From a virus (taxonomy: Duplodnaviria > Caudoviricetes), in IMG/VR virus record IMGVR_UViG_3300017754_000610, positions 1 to 35,062 of that record: 35,062 bases of DNA, one strand, 5' to 3'. Positions 13,340-24,179 of the stretch are shown piece after piece. The notes beneath the pieces are model-generated. The model did not search any database. It saw only the letters and a list, made by a program, of their open reading frames with translations, and was not told where the DNA came from. The position numbers and the translations under genes are program-made. The stretch's first letter is position 1; each line of letters starts with the position of its first letter.

Positions 13340-14272
13340 ATGTCAGAAGCACAAGTAGCAGAAGTTGCACCAGTTGTTGAGCAACCTAAACAAGCTGGTT
13401 CAATCGTAACAAGTGAAAATTTAGCGGAATTTAATGCTGATAAATTAGGTTTAGCTTCCGAAGAAAGCCCAACTGCGGCTACTGTTGAGGAAACTCCAGT
13501 AGAGCCAGCGGCCGATAAAGGACAGAGTGAACCAAAATTAGCTGATGATGAAGCGACCGGAACAGAAGAAAAGAAGCAAAACCCAAAGTTAGAAAAGCGG
13601 TTTTCTGAACTGACTAAGCAACGTAAAGAAGCTGAAGCCAGGGCAGAAGAAGCAGAAAGACGTTTGGCGGCAATTGAAGGCAAACAGGCACAACCGGCGC
13701 AAGCCCAACCTGAAAGCACTCAAAAGCCAACCCCTGACAATTACCGGGATGCGTTTGAATATGCAGAAGCATTATCGCAATGGTCAGCGGAACAAGCGTT
13801 ATTAAAGCGTGAGCAAGAAGTTAAGCAAAAAGAGTTTGAAGTTCAGAAACAAAAGGTCATTCAGACCTGGCAACAGAAACTTGAAGCAACGATTGCTGAA
13901 CTGCCTGATTACGAAGATATGGTGGCATCAAGTAATGTGAAGGTAAACGACACGGTACGTGATGCGATCCTTGAAAGTGATGTAGGGCCAAGAATCCTAT
14001 ATGAACTTGCAAGTGATGACGATATAGCTGAAAAGCTTTCTACCATGTCAACTGCTAGTGCTTTAAAACTGATTGGGAAACTGGAAGCTAAGTTTGAAAA
14101 AACTGAAGAACCGGTAAAAGCGGAAAAGAAAACTGTTGCGGCGAAGTCTAAAGCACCTGAACCTATTCGTCCTTTAAGGTCCACGGGTGGCGTAGCCGAA
14201 GTTAGTATGGATGGTAACGATATGTCATACCAGCAATGGAAAGCCGCACGACAGGCCGGGAAGATTAGATAA
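13340..14272 (+). CDS. Scaffolding protein (putative)
   Basis: Acidic, helical, KRFSELT coiled coil, basic C-terminus; lies between portal and capsid. Confidence 0.8.
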   Translation: MSEAQVAEVAPVVEQPKQAGSIVTSENLAEFNADKLGLASEESPTAATVEETPVEPAADKGQSEPKLADDEATGTEEKKQNPKLEKRFSELTKQRKEAEARAEEAERRLAAIEGKQAQPAQAQPESTQKPTPDNYRDAFEYAEALSQWSAEQALLKREQEVKQKEFEVQKQKVIQTWQQKLEATIAELPDYEDMVASSNVKVNDTVRDAILESDVGPRILYELASDDDIAEKLSTMSTASALKLIGKLEAKFEKTEEPVKAEKKTVAAKSKAPEPIRPLRSTGGVAEVSMDGNDMSYQQWKAARQAGKIR

Positions 14273-14305
14273 GGTTAAACCTAATTTAATTTTTAAGGAA
14301 TTATC

Positions 14306-15544
14306 ATGAGTAATAATTTATTAACCATTAGCAAGATCACCAACGAAGCGTTGATGGTCCTAGAAAACGAACTGACATTTACAGGCCAAGTTGACCGTAA
14401 CTATGATGACCAGTTTGCCGTAGTTGGCGCAAAAATTGGTCAAACAGTCAATGTACGCCGTCCTGGCCGTTTTATCGGTGCAATTGGTCCTAACCTAGTA
14501 GTTGAAGATTTCAACGAAACTTCAGTACCAGTAACACTATCTACACAGTTCCAAGTGTCAACCCAGTTCACTACACAAGACCTAGCACTAAGCTTGGATA
14601 TGTTTAGCGACCGTATTTTGAAGCCAGCAATTGCTACTGTTGCTAACAAAATGGACCGTGACGGCCTGGTAACTGCTAAAAACAATACCGCCAACATTGT
14701 TGGTACCGCTGGTACTGCCCCAACTGGTTTGATTACATACCTGACTGCGGCGGCTTACCTTGATTCGGAAGGCGCACCACGTGATGGCCGCCGTTCATGC
14801 ACAATCGAGCCATTTACTTCTTCAACCATTGTTGATAGCTTAAAAGGTTTGTTTGTACCAACATCACAGATTTCTAGCCAATACACTAAGGGCTTGATGG
14901 GCCGTGATTCCGGCGGTATGAACTGGTATATGGACCAAAACGTTGTATCACAAACGTTTGGTTCTTATTCTTCCGCAACATTGTCATGCAACGTAACAAC
15001 TGCAACTGGTTTCTTGACAAGTGGCTGGGCATATTCAAGCAATATCACCATCGGTGCGGCTTCTGCGGCGGCTACATTGAACCAAGGCGATACATTTACC
15101 ATTGCTGGCGTATTTGCGGTTAACCCACAAAACCGTCAGTCTTATGGCAAATTGCGTAACTTTGTAGTTCAATCTACAACTGCAATTGGTTCCGGCGGTA
15201 CTGCAACTGTTACCGTTGTTCCAGCCGTTATTACTGCTGGCCAGTTCCAAAACGTTAGCGTTACATCAAGCGGTTCACAGACTGTTACCCCATTCAACAA
15301 TACTGGCGTAACTTCACCACAGAACATTTTGATGCACCGCAATGCGTTTACTTTAGCTTGTGCTGACTTAGAATTGCCTGAAGGCGTTCATTTTGCCGGC
15401 CGTGCTTCTGATAAAGAACTTGGTTTGTCAATCCGTGTGGTTCGTCAATACACCATTAATAACGATTCCATCCCAACACGTTTGGACGTTCTGTATGGCT
15501 GGGCACCTTTGTACCCTGAATTGGCTTGCCGTATTGCATCGTAA
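14306..15544 (+). CDS. Major capsid protein, P22 coat family
   Basis: KIGQTVNVRRP N-terminus and RLDVLYGW C-terminus; strong SD; followed by terminator. Confidence 0.92.
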   Translation: MSNNLLTISKITNEALMVLENELTFTGQVDRNYDDQFAVVGAKIGQTVNVRRPGRFIGAIGPNLVVEDFNETSVPVTLSTQFQVSTQFTTQDLALSLDMFSDRILKPAIATVANKMDRDGLVTAKNNTANIVGTAGTAPTGLITYLTAAAYLDSEGAPRDGRRSCTIEPFTSSTIVDSLKGLFVPTSQISSQYTKGLMGRDSGGMNWYMDQNVVSQTFGSYSSATLSCNVTTATGFLTSGWAYSSNITIGAASAAATLNQGDTFTIAGVFAVNPQNRQSYGKLRNFVVQSTTAIGSGGTATVTVVPAVITAGQFQNVSVTSSGSQTVTPFNNTGVTSPQNILMHRNAFTLACADLELPEGVHFAGRASDKELGLSIRVVRQYTINNDSIPTRLDVLYGWAPLYPELACRIAS

Positions 15545-15551
15545 TGAAATA

Positions 15552-15575
15552 GGGGGGATCAAACCCCCCATTTTT
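15552..15575 (+). terminator. Rho-independent terminator after capsid gene
   Basis: GGGGGG-atcaaa-CCCCCC then ATTTTT. Confidence 0.7.
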
Positions 15576-15602
15576 GAACATTAAATTTAAGGAATTAATA
15601 TC

Positions 15603-16025
15603 ATGGCAAATCCAGGCCCAGCAACAACCGTAACAAATCACCCCTCAAATCTAGCTAGTAATCAAGCTATTCGCCTATTAGCTTCTTACCAGGGCGTAAA
15701 CGTTAACGCAACAGGCGATACCGTGTTACCAGTTATTAACACTAATTCGTATGGTGTATCAAACGTTATTTTTACAAACGCATCAGTTAGTTTGACAACT
15801 GCCGCCGCTGGCTTGTTTACTGCACCATCTGCTGGTGGTACAGGAATCGTAGCTAACGCCGCATTGTCAGCAATGACTGCTTCAACTGTTGTTAGCCAAC
15901 GTACTGTTGCTTCAACTGCATTACAAACTGGTCAAAATCTATATTTAAACGTTGGTACCGCACAAGGTGCGGCCGCCACTATGGACGTTTATGTTTATGG
16001 TTACGACTTATCATTCCTACCTTAA
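15603..16025 (+). CDS. Putative virion (head decoration) protein
   Basis: Beta-rich, A/T/S-rich, ends DVYVYG; AAGGA SD; directly after capsid. Confidence 0.65.
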   Translation: MANPGPATTVTNHPSNLASNQAIRLLASYQGVNVNATGDTVLPVINTNSYGVSNVIFTNASVSLTTAAAGLFTAPSAGGTGIVANAALSAMTASTVVSQRTVASTALQTGQNLYLNVGTAQGAAATMDVYVYGYDLSFLP

Positions 16026-16047
16026 TAAGGACCAGGAAATAGTGAAG

Positions 16048-16084
16048 AAAGCCACCCCTAGAAAGGGTGGTTTTTTTCTTTTTT
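16048..16084 (+). terminator. Rho-independent terminator
   Basis: AAAGCCACCC/GGGTGGTTTT stem followed by a long T-tract. Confidence 0.85.
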
Positions 16085-16122
16085 AAGCATATAATTAATT
16101 ATCCTCACTTAAAGGAAACATC

Positions 16123-16446
16123 ATGCCATCTACTACCCTTGCACGTGGAAATGCAATCAGCACTTTCTACATTCAACCATCTTTAACCCCAGCCGCAGTT
16201 GCCGCAAATATTACTGCCGCACAAACATTTACTGTTGCTGGATTAGAAACAACTGACCATGTATTGGTATCATGTGCCGCCGCACAAACCGCTGGTTTAT
16301 TTATTGCTGATGCCCGTGTTTCAGCCGCTAATACATTAAGCGTTCAATTTGGTAATTTAACCGCTGGTTCTTTAACACCAACCGCCGGTGCTTACTACAT
16401 TGATATAGTACGTTTTGAAGGTCCATTACCTACAACTGCGGTTTAA
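16123..16446 (+). CDS. Putative virion structural protein
   Basis: 107-aa beta-rich ORF with AAGGA SD. Confidence 0.7.
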   Translation: MPSTTLARGNAISTFYIQPSLTPAAVAANITAAQTFTVAGLETTDHVLVSCAAAQTAGLFIADARVSAANTLSVQFGNLTAGSLTPTAGAYYIDIVRFEGPLPTTAV

Positions 16447-16448
16447 TC

Positions 16449-16790
16449 ATGAATCAATTAAACGCTATACGTCCAATTGGGCCTACAACTGGCATTACAG
16501 TTAGTAGTTCTTCATCTACTGCCGTCACTATTAGTGCTTCAGGCAACAACGAAATGGACTATTGTGCTTTTTTGAATACTGCTTCTACACCGGTGACAAT
16601 TAACATTTTTCCGGTAGTAGGTGGCGTAGGTACTGCTAGTGCGGCCGTAGTGCCTACCGGTACCCCAACAAACACAGTAGTTTTAGGTATTGCTATGCAA
16701 GCACCAATGGTTATTGCCGTTCCACCAGTATTTTCAATTACTACTATTGGAACTTCCGGAACGCTATATGTAACGCCAGTAAGCTATTAG
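16449..16790 (+). CDS. Putative virion structural protein
   Basis: 113-aa beta-rich ORF in the structural block. Confidence 0.65.
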   Translation: MNQLNAIRPIGPTTGITVSSSSSTAVTISASGNNEMDYCAFLNTASTPVTINIFPVVGGVGTASAAVVPTGTPTNTVVLGIAMQAPMVIAVPPVFSITTIGTSGTLYVTPVSY

Positions 16791-16805
16791 TCTTAAAGGA
16801 AAAGT

Positions 16806-19049
16806 ATGACTAGCCCATCTAATTCTGACGTACAGAATTTATTACCAGTTCAAGCCTACTTCAATTTAGATGGGTCCTTTAATACTTTTATTGGCCAGGG
16901 CGTTCCGTTTTATGCAACGGCCAACCCTAGTCAATCCGGCCTTAACATTACAAACAGTACGATAAATAGTACGACTATTGGTGCTACAACGCCTTCAACT
17001 GGCGTATTTACAAATATTGCAACAACAACCGGCACAATTACTACTGCCGCAAGCGGTCCAACGGACATTGTTAACAAACAATATGTTGACTATTATGCCG
17101 CTGGATTAAGCTGGAAAGCCCCGGCACTTACTGCAACTTCTGCCAATATTACGTTGTCAGGCCTACAAACTATCAACGGCGTAACTGTTGTTGCTGGCGA
17201 TACCGTATTAGTTAAAGACCAAACTAATGCCGCACAAAACGGCATTTATGTTGCTTCTGCTGGTGCTTGGACGTATTCTATAGGCGGCGATACCTGGAAT
17301 GAATATATTAGTGCCATTATTTTTATTACATCCGGATCGTTAAATGGAACTGCATGGTTTTGCACGGCACAACCAGGTGGCACACTTGGCACAACTGCTA
17401 TGAATTGGTCCAATTTCAGCGTAGCTTCAAGCTATACCGCTGGAACTGGATTAACACTTGTTGGCACCCAATTTAGTATTACCAATACTGCCGTAACTGC
17501 GGCCGCTTATGGTTCTGCAACGCAAGTAGGCACGTTTACAGTCAATGCCCAGGGACAACTTACCTTGGCTGGTAACACAACTATTACTCCCGCAGTAGGA
17601 TCAATTACTGGACTTGGAACTGGCGTTGCAACTGCTTTGGCAGTTAATACTGGTTCCGCTGGGGCTTTTGTAGTTAATGGTGGTGCATTAGGTACCCCAT
17701 CAAGTGGTACGTTAACAAATTGCACGTTTCCAACATTAAACCAAAATACAACTGGCTATGCGGCTAGTTTGGCTGGTGGTGCGGCTGGCTCATTGCCTTA
17801 TCAATCTGCCCTTAATACAACTGTATTCTTGGCCGCTGGAAGTAATGGCCAAGTCCTAACATTGGCTTCAGGCGTTCCATCTTGGGCAACCCCAACAACC
17901 GGTACTGTAACGTCAGTAAGCGGTACAGGGACCGTTTCAGGGATTAGTTTAAGCGGCACAGTTACTTCAAGCGGAAGTCTTACATTGGGCGGTACATTAG
18001 ATTTATCTTCACCCCCAGCTATTGGCGGTACAACTGCAAATACCATTCGTGGCACAACAATTACTGCAACTTCAAGTTTTGTAGGAACAAATTTTGATGC
18101 TTCAGGATCGGCCGGTGGGGCACTAAGGACTAATACTGGATCAAATTGCTTGCAATGGGGCGGTGGCGGCGGTGTAAATGTGACAGTAGATGGCTCTATT
18201 AATATGAATGGTGCTGGTGCGGCCATTCAAATAAGCCCAATAAGTGCTGGAACTGTAACCATTAATCCTAATGGCGCATCAACAATGAATAATGTTGCTA
18301 TTGGTGGAACAACACCATTAGCTGGAACATTCACTACATTACGTTTTAATAGCACTCTTTCTTTGAATGGTTCGACCGGAACCGCTAATTATTTGCTTCA
18401 ATCTAATGGCGCATCGGCACCAAGCTGGGTGGACCCAGCAACATTAACTGTTAGTGCGGCATCAACTGCCACAACCGCAACAACTGCTACAAACGCTACA
18501 AATACTGCAATTACTGACGATACAACTACTAACGCAACAATGTACCCAACATGGGTTACAACAACTACTGGTAACTTACCGCAAAAAACTTCTTCTACTA
18601 AATTAAGTTTTAATCCTTCAACTGGTGTTTTAAGTGCAACTAGCTTTACTGGATCGGCTACATTAACTACGCCAACTTTAGGTACACCAGCTTCAGGCAA
18701 TTTAAACAATTGCACGGCAGACGGAACAAACAAAGTTGGTTATCGAAATATTCCACCAGTAGGAACAAAAACTGGTTCTTACACTTTGGCCGTGGGTGAT
18801 GTTGGTGAATATGTTCAAGTGGGTTCAGGTGGATCAATTACGATTCCTGATGCAACCTTTGCTGAAGGCGATATTATTACAATTTTTAATAATACAACTG
18901 GCAACATTACAATTACTTGCTCGATTACAACTGCGTATATTGGTGGAACAAATACCGATAAAGCCACTATGACATTAGCTACAAGAGGGCTTGCAACCAT
19001 TTTGTTTATTAGCGGAACAGTTTGCGTAGTTTCAGGGAATGTAACCTAA
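16806..19049 (+). CDS. Long fibre protein (head or tail fibre)
   Basis: T/G/S-rich modular fibre with VLVKDQTNAAQNGIY and NGQVLTLASGVPSW fibre motifs. Confidence 0.8.
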   Translation: MTSPSNSDVQNLLPVQAYFNLDGSFNTFIGQGVPFYATANPSQSGLNITNSTINSTTIGATTPSTGVFTNIATTTGTITTAASGPTDIVNKQYVDYYAAGLSWKAPALTATSANITLSGLQTINGVTVVAGDTVLVKDQTNAAQNGIYVASAGAWTYSIGGDTWNEYISAIIFITSGSLNGTAWFCTAQPGGTLGTTAMNWSNFSVASSYTAGTGLTLVGTQFSITNTAVTAAAYGSATQVGTFTVNAQGQLTLAGNTTITPAVGSITGLGTGVATALAVNTGSAGAFVVNGGALGTPSSGTLTNCTFPTLNQNTTGYAASLAGGAAGSLPYQSALNTTVFLAAGSNGQVLTLASGVPSWATPTTGTVTSVSGTGTVSGISLSGTVTSSGSLTLGGTLDLSSPPAIGGTTANTIRGTTITATSSFVGTNFDASGSAGGALRTNTGSNCLQWGGGGGVNVTVDGSINMNGAGAAIQISPISAGTVTINPNGASTMNNVAIGGTTPLAGTFTTLRFNSTLSLNGSTGTANYLLQSNGASAPSWVDPATLTVSAASTATTATTATNATNTAITDDTTTNATMYPTWVTTTTGNLPQKTSSTKLSFNPSTGVLSATSFTGSATLTTPTLGTPASGNLNNCTADGTNKVGYRNIPPVGTKTGSYTLAVGDVGEYVQVGSGGSITIPDATFAEGDIITIFNNTTGNITITCSITTAYIGGTNTDKATMTLATRGLATILFISGTVCVVSGNVT

Positions 19050-19927
19050 TGAGTGGAATTCATGCAATGCTACTTGGTGGCGCATTAAAGCCTGATTTGG
19101 TGGTAAATTTTTTAGTCATTGCTGGTGGTGCATCAGGCGGTCAATGGCATGGTGGCGGCGGCGGTGCTGGTGGTTATCGTTGTTCAGTTTCAGGAGAATC
19201 ATCCGGTGGCGGTGCTGGTGCAGAATCACCACAAACATTAGTAGCATCAACAAATTACACCGTTACAGTTGGTGGCGGTGGTTCATCAGTTACCGATGTT
19301 CCAGGAAATGCTGGTTCAAGTTCTACGTTTAATACTATTACCTCAACAGGCGGTGGTGGTGGTGGAAACTACATAGGAAACCCATCAAGCGGTGGATCAG
19401 GTGGCGGTGCTGGCGGTGGTGGCGGTGGCGGTTCTTCTACTGGTGCATCAGGAACTGGTAGCCAAGGATATGGTGGTGGTAATGGTGATGGTGGTTTAAA
19501 TGGTGGCGGTGGTGGTGGTGCTGGCGCAGTTGGCTATGACTACAATGGTGGAGTAAATGGCGGTGGTGGTGCTGGTGTGTATTCTTCAATTACAGGATCA
19601 TCTACCCCAAGAGCCGGTGGCGGTGGTGCTTCAAGGGAAAGCGGCACTACGGCCGGTGGTGTTGGTGGCGGTGGAAATGGTGGATCGCCAAGCACACCCC
19701 CAACATCCGCAACAGGAAATACAGGCGGTGGTGGTGGTGGTGGAAGAAGGGGATTGGAAGGACAATATAGCGGTGCCGGCGGTTCAGGAATTGTTATTTT
19801 GAAATATCCTGACGCATACACAATTTCCAATCCAGGCGGTGGCTTAACAATTTCATCAGAAACATCTTCTAGTGGTTTTAAATCTGTGCAGATTACTGGT
19901 GGCACAGGCAATGTGTCTTGGAGTTAA
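19049..19927 (+). CDS. Glycine-rich fibre-associated protein
   Basis: FLVIAGG...GGSGIVILKY glycine-rich domain; TAATG coupling gives start 19049. Confidence 0.8.
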   Translation: MSGIHAMLLGGALKPDLVVNFLVIAGGASGGQWHGGGGGAGGYRCSVSGESSGGGAGAESPQTLVASTNYTVTVGGGGSSVTDVPGNAGSSSTFNTITSTGGGGGGNYIGNPSSGGSGGGAGGGGGGGSSTGASGTGSQGYGGGNGDGGLNGGGGGGAGAVGYDYNGGVNGGGGAGVYSSITGSSTPRAGGGGASRESGTTAGGVGGGGNGGSPSTPPTSATGNTGGGGGGGRRGLEGQYSGAGGSGIVILKYPDAYTISNPGGGLTISSETSSSGFKSVQITGGTGNVSWS

Positions 19928-19928
19928 T

Positions 19929-20300
19929 ATGGCGCACTATGCTTTTTTAGACGAAAACAACATTGTTACCGAAGTAATTGTTGGCAAAAACGAAGGCGAA
20001 GATAACATTGATTGGGAAGCGCATTATGGCGCATTTCGGGGTCAAGTTTGCAAACGAACTTCTTACAATAGTTTTGGTGGAATTCATAAATTAGGCGGTA
20101 TTGCTTTTCGTAAAAATTATGCTGGTATTGGGTTTACTTATGATGATCAAAAAGATGCATTTATTCCACCACAACCATATCCAAGTTGGTTATTGGATGA
20201 AGAAACTTTTTTATGGAATTCTCCAGTTTCATACCCAACGGACAATAAACAATATTTATGGGATGAAACAACAACTTCATGGGTGCAAATAAATGATTAA
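19929..20300 (+). CDS. Fibre-associated/chaperone-like protein
   Basis: MAHYAFLDENNIV...RTSYN...FRKNYAGIG...DAFIPPQPYPSW; GGAG SD before ATG 19929. Confidence 0.75.
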   Translation: MAHYAFLDENNIVTEVIVGKNEGEDNIDWEAHYGAFRGQVCKRTSYNSFGGIHKLGGIAFRKNYAGIGFTYDDQKDAFIPPQPYPSWLLDEETFLWNSPVSYPTDNKQYLWDETTTSWVQIND

Positions 20301-20604
20301 TTATCAATGGACTATTTTAGAAACTTTTGGTAATGAAACCATTACTAAAGTTCGTTATTTAATGAAAGCAAAAGATGAACAAAATACTGTTGAAACTGAA
20401 GGAAACCATCAATTTACTGAAACATTGGTTTGTAAACCTTTATCAGAAATTAAAGAATCTGATTTAATTGGCTGGCTTGAATCTGATACTACCAAAGATG
20501 GTGTAAACCTTATAAAATTAAACCTAGAAAACCAATTAGAAGCCCTAAAAACCAGTAAAAAAATGGCTTTTCCTTGGGAAGCCGAAACTTTTACTATTGG
20601 ATAA
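20293..20604 (+). CDS. Hypothetical protein
   Basis: 103-aa ORF ending in a PW motif, in fibre cassette. Confidence 0.7.
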   Translation: MINYQWTILETFGNETITKVRYLMKAKDEQNTVETEGNHQFTETLVCKPLSEIKESDLIGWLESDTTKDGVNLIKLNLENQLEALKTSKKMAFPWEAETFTIG

Positions 20605-20607
20605 ATT

Positions 20608-21804
20608 ATGACAACGCCAATTGATATTATTAGCCGTTCACTTAAAGATATTGGCGCATTAGCGGCTGGGGAAGCCCCAACTTCAGATGCCGCAATTGAT
20701 TGTTTAGATATGCTAAACGATATGATTGATCAATGGTCAAACGAAGATTTTATTGTTTTTAATACAACTGAAATTATTTCTAACGTGGTTCCAGGTCAAA
20801 CCCAATACACAATTGGCCCCGATCCACAAACGCTAAACTTTATTGGTGCTAACTTTACAGGCACCTTTTCAGGCAAAGTTTTAACTGTTACTAACGTTAC
20901 CCAAGGTGCAGTAGCAGTAGGCCAATATTTAAGCGGTCCTGGCATTACGTCCGGAACTAAAATTGTTCAATTTATAACTGGTGCTGGCGGCAATATTAAT
21001 GAAGCTGGTACTTATCTATTAAACATTGCCCAAGGCACCCAAACACCAGTATTTACCGGTTCTATATCAGGGACAACCCTAACCGTAACGGCCGTAACGT
21101 CCGGAAACATTGGGATTGGTTCAGTTATTAGCGGCACAGGCGTTACTGGTGGAACAACCATTACGGGCCTTATTAGCGGTACCGGTGGCGTAGGCACTTA
21201 TACCGTTAGCGCAAGCCAAACCGTATCTTCCACAACCATTACAGGCACTATTGTTGCTACAAATATTCAAGCTTATTATGAAAAACCACTAAGCATTGAT
21301 TATGCTTACGTGCGTATCAATACAAGCCAAAGCGGTAGCCCGGTAATAAACGGTGGCATTGACTACCCAGTAGCCGTTATTAACTTGGTTAATTACAACT
21401 CTATTGGCCTTAAAACGTTAAGCGGTCCTTGGCCTAAAGCCCTTTATTTTAATCCTGGCGCAGATTCAGCTAATTTGTTTTATTGGCCTAACCCTAGCCA
21501 GGGTGAAATGCATATGTTTGCTAAAACAATATTTAGACGTTATGAAACCCTTTATGAAGATATTGTTCTTCCACAAGGTTATTTCATGTGTTTGCGCTGG
21601 TGCTTGGCAGAACGTTTACTTCCCATGTACGGAAAAACAGACCCAGCCATTTTAGGCATGATTACTACGTATGCCGCCCAAGCAAAATCCACGGTTAAAC
21701 GTACCAATATGCAACCTATGCAAGTTTCACGTTATCAAGATGCTTTACTAATGAGCCGGGCCAAAGATGCTGGCTGGATTCTTACCGGCGGTTTTACTAA
21801 TTAA
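20608..21804 (+). CDS. P22 gp4-like head-tail adaptor with two inserted beta-repeat modules
   Basis: [17 protein letters not shown]...LNDMIDQW N-terminus, LPQGY...LAERL C-terminus. Confidence 0.75.
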   Translation: MTTPIDIISRSLKDIGALAAGEAPTSDAAIDCLDMLNDMIDQWSNEDFIVFNTTEIISNVVPGQTQYTIGPDPQTLNFIGANFTGTFSGKVLTVTNVTQGAVAVGQYLSGPGITSGTKIVQFITGAGGNINEAGTYLLNIAQGTQTPVFTGSISGTTLTVTAVTSGNIGIGSVISGTGVTGGTTITGLISGTGGVGTYTVSASQTVSSTTITGTIVATNIQAYYEKPLSIDYAYVRINTSQSGSPVINGGIDYPVAVINLVNYNSIGLKTLSGPWPKALYFNPGADSANLFYWPNPSQGEMHMFAKTIFRRYETLYEDIVLPQGYFMCLRWCLAERLLPMYGKTDPAILGMITTYAAQAKSTVKRTNMQPMQVSRYQDALLMSRAKDAGWILTGGFTN

Positions 21805-21813
21805 GGTCAAGAT

Positions 21814-23919
21814 ATGCCTGATTTTGGATTTGTTGGCCCATCGTATGAAGCCCCTTCCATCTACCAAGATGCCCAGGAATGTATTAACTTTCGCCCTGAA
21901 ATTGACCCATTAAAACAACCTGGTCAAAACGGGGTAATTGCGTTATATCCAACCCCAGGATTAACTATTAAGGCAGTTCTTGCTAATACTGGCGAAGTAC
22001 GTGGTTTAAGAACCGTTTCGGGCGGCGATTACATGGTGGCAGTTTGTGGGCAAAACGTTTATGTTATTGATTCTACATTTAATCCAGTTAATATTGGTGC
22101 CCTAAATACCAGTTCAGGAATTGTAGGAATTACTGATAATGGTTTAAACGTCTATATTGTAGATGGCAGTAACCGCTATACATGGCGAATTGCAAACCCA
22201 AATAATGCTGAATTTGTTGGTTCTATTTCAGGCACAACATTGACCGTTACGTTGATGAAAAGCGGAACTATTGCCGTTAGTCAACAAGTTCTTTGTGATG
22301 GAATATTGCCTGGAACCGTTATTACTGCATTGGGCACGGGCACGGGCGGTGTTGGAACTTATACAATAAATCGTACACAAACCATAGCTTCTAGGGATAT
22401 TAATACTGCGGCAGTTGGTGCAGTTGTTACTGGAAGTATTTCGGGCACGGTTTTAACTGTTACTGCGGTTACTAGCGGAATTTTGTACCCTGGCCAAACT
22501 ATTCAAGGCACCGGCGTTACTGCTGGAACGATTATTACGGCCCTTGGCGGTTCTGCGGCATTGTCATTTAGCATAACTGCGGCCGGCACCGGATATGCCG
22601 TTGGTGACACTATTACGGTTACTGGCGGCATATACAGTCAGCAAGCTACATACACAGTAGCAACCATAGGCGGTAGTGGTGCGGTTACTGGCCTTACAAC
22701 TGTAAATAATGGCGTTTATACAGTAGTGCCAGGAACCCCAGCAAATACAACAACTAGCGGTAACGGTACAGGGTTAACCCTTACATTAACATTTGGTACT
22801 GGTACTGGCAATACAGGAACCTATGTTGTTAGTGCTTCACAAACCGTTAGTTCTACAACCTTGTATGCACTAAATTTTAGCGTTTTACCTACTAATGATG
22901 GTCCATTTGAAGGTGCAGATGTAGTTGATGTTGTTGATAATTACTTTGTTTATAACCGTCCTGGCACCCAACAATTTGGTTCATCAAACCCTTTATCGCC
23001 TATTTCTTCAGCATTAGCATTTAGTTCAAAAGATGGCGCACCGGATGATTTGGTTTCACTTATTATTGATCACCGTGAACTTTATTTGCTTGGCGAAGTT
23101 TCCAGCGAAGTTTGGGTAGATAGCGGATTATTTCCTTTTGCTTTTCAACGTATTCCTGGAACATCCACCCAGCACGGAATAGCGGCTAAGTTTTCCATAG
23201 CTAGAGTAGGAAATTCGTTTGCTTATGTTAGCCGCAATATTCGTGGCCAAGCCCAAATTATGATGATGAACGGGTACGTACCAACCCGTATATCAACCCA
23301 TGCCGTAGAACAAACATTAACTGATCAATTTGTTAGCGATGCTAGGGCCTGGACGTACCAATTAGAAGGCCATGAAGTTTACGTTGTAAGCTTTCCAACC
23401 CTTGATTTAACCTGGGCTTATGATATTTCCACCGGAATGTGGCATAAATGGCTTTGGGTAGATACAAATAACGTATTTCATCGGCACCGGGGTAATTGCC
23501 ATGCTAGTTTCCAAGGGTATAACCTTGTTGGTGATTGGGAAAACGGTAGTGTGTACCAATTGGATGCTTTAAATTACACCGATAATGGTACTGAAATTCG
23601 TAGGGTTCGCCGGGCACCCCATTTAATTAGTGACTATCAACGCCAATATTTCCATGAATTACAAGTTCATTTTCAACCCGGCGTGGGTTTGCCTAATGGT
23701 TCCGCACCCCAGGCTATGCTACGCTGGTCAGATGATGGCGGTTCTACTTGGTCCAATGAACATTGGTCAAGCATTGGCGTACAAGGCGCATACCAAAACC
23801 GTGCAATTTGGCGTAGATTAGGTCAAGCACGGGATAGAATATTTGAAGTAGTAGTAACTGATCCAGTTAAAGCGGTAATTACTGCGGCCAACTTAAAAGC
23901 GGATGCTGGGGTTAACTAA
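21814..23919 (+). CDS. P22 gp10-like tail hub/DNA stabilisation protein with inserted modules
   Basis: LYPTPGL, SEVW, LRWSDDGGSTWS and WRRLG motifs. Confidence 0.85.
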   Translation: MPDFGFVGPSYEAPSIYQDAQECINFRPEIDPLKQPGQNGVIALYPTPGLTIKAVLANTGEVRGLRTVSGGDYMVAVCGQNVYVIDSTFNPVNIGALNTSSGIVGITDNGLNVYIVDGSNRYTWRIANPNNAEFVGSISGTTLTVTLMKSGTIAVSQQVLCDGILPGTVITALGTGTGGVGTYTINRTQTIASRDINTAAVGAVVTGSISGTVLTVTAVTSGILYPGQTIQGTGVTAGTIITALGGSAALSFSITAAGTGYAVGDTITVTGGIYSQQATYTVATIGGSGAVTGLTTVNNGVYTVVPGTPANTTTSGNGTGLTLTLTFGTGTGNTGTYVVSASQTVSSTTLYALNFSVLPTNDGPFEGADVVDVVDNYFVYNRPGTQQFGSSNPLSPISSALAFSSKDGAPDDLVSLIIDHRELYLLGEVSSEVWVDSGLFPFAFQRIPGTSTQHGIAAKFSIARVGNSFAYVSRNIRGQAQIMMMNGYVPTRISTHAVEQTLTDQFVSDARAWTYQLEGHEVYVVSFPTLDLTWAYDISTGMWHKWLWVDTNNVFHRHRGNCHASFQGYNLVGDWENGSVYQLDALNYTDNGTEIRRVRRAPHLISDYQRQYFHELQVHFQPGVGLPNGSAPQAMLRWSDDGGSTWSNEHWSSIGVQGAYQNRAIWRRLGQARDRIFEVVVTDPVKAVITAANLKADAGVN

Positions 23920-24179
23920 TGGCTAATTCTTCAGGAAATCAAGGTGGAATTTGGACTAATACCCAAAATAACCCTTATCCACAATCCCCTTTATTGGATG
24001 AACAAACCAAACGTCCAACTAGGGCGTGGCAACAATTTTTTCTTGGAATACTAAACTTTACTTCAGCACCGGCCGCAACAACCGGCCAATCCGGGGTAAC
24101 TTTGCCAGCAAATCCAGTAGGTTTTATTAATATTACGGTTAATGGCCAACCCTATAAAGTGCCTTATTACAATCCATGA
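23919..24179 (+). CDS. Small tail protein (gp26/needle position)
   Basis: PTRAWQQFF...YKVPYY; follows gp10-like gene. Confidence 0.6.
   Translation: MANSSGNQGGIWTNTQNNPYPQSPLLDEQTKRPTRAWQQFFLGILNFTSAPAATTGQSGVTLPANPVGFINITVNGQPYKVPYYNP

Noticed and set aside
16788-16796. TAG TCT TAA tandem stops suggesting readthrough or recoding
   Set aside because: Other genes end normally in TAG and long ORFs are intact in the standard code; no evidence for recoding
19130-19790. GGT/GGC-rich repetitive DNA
   Set aside because: Simply encodes a glycine-rich protein; not a repeat array or CRISPR
13300-19911. Many antisense ORFs in the track (e.g. 13300-13719, 17801-18226, 19540-19911)
   Set aside because: Shadows of strongly biased plus-strand genes; no SD or protein-like features
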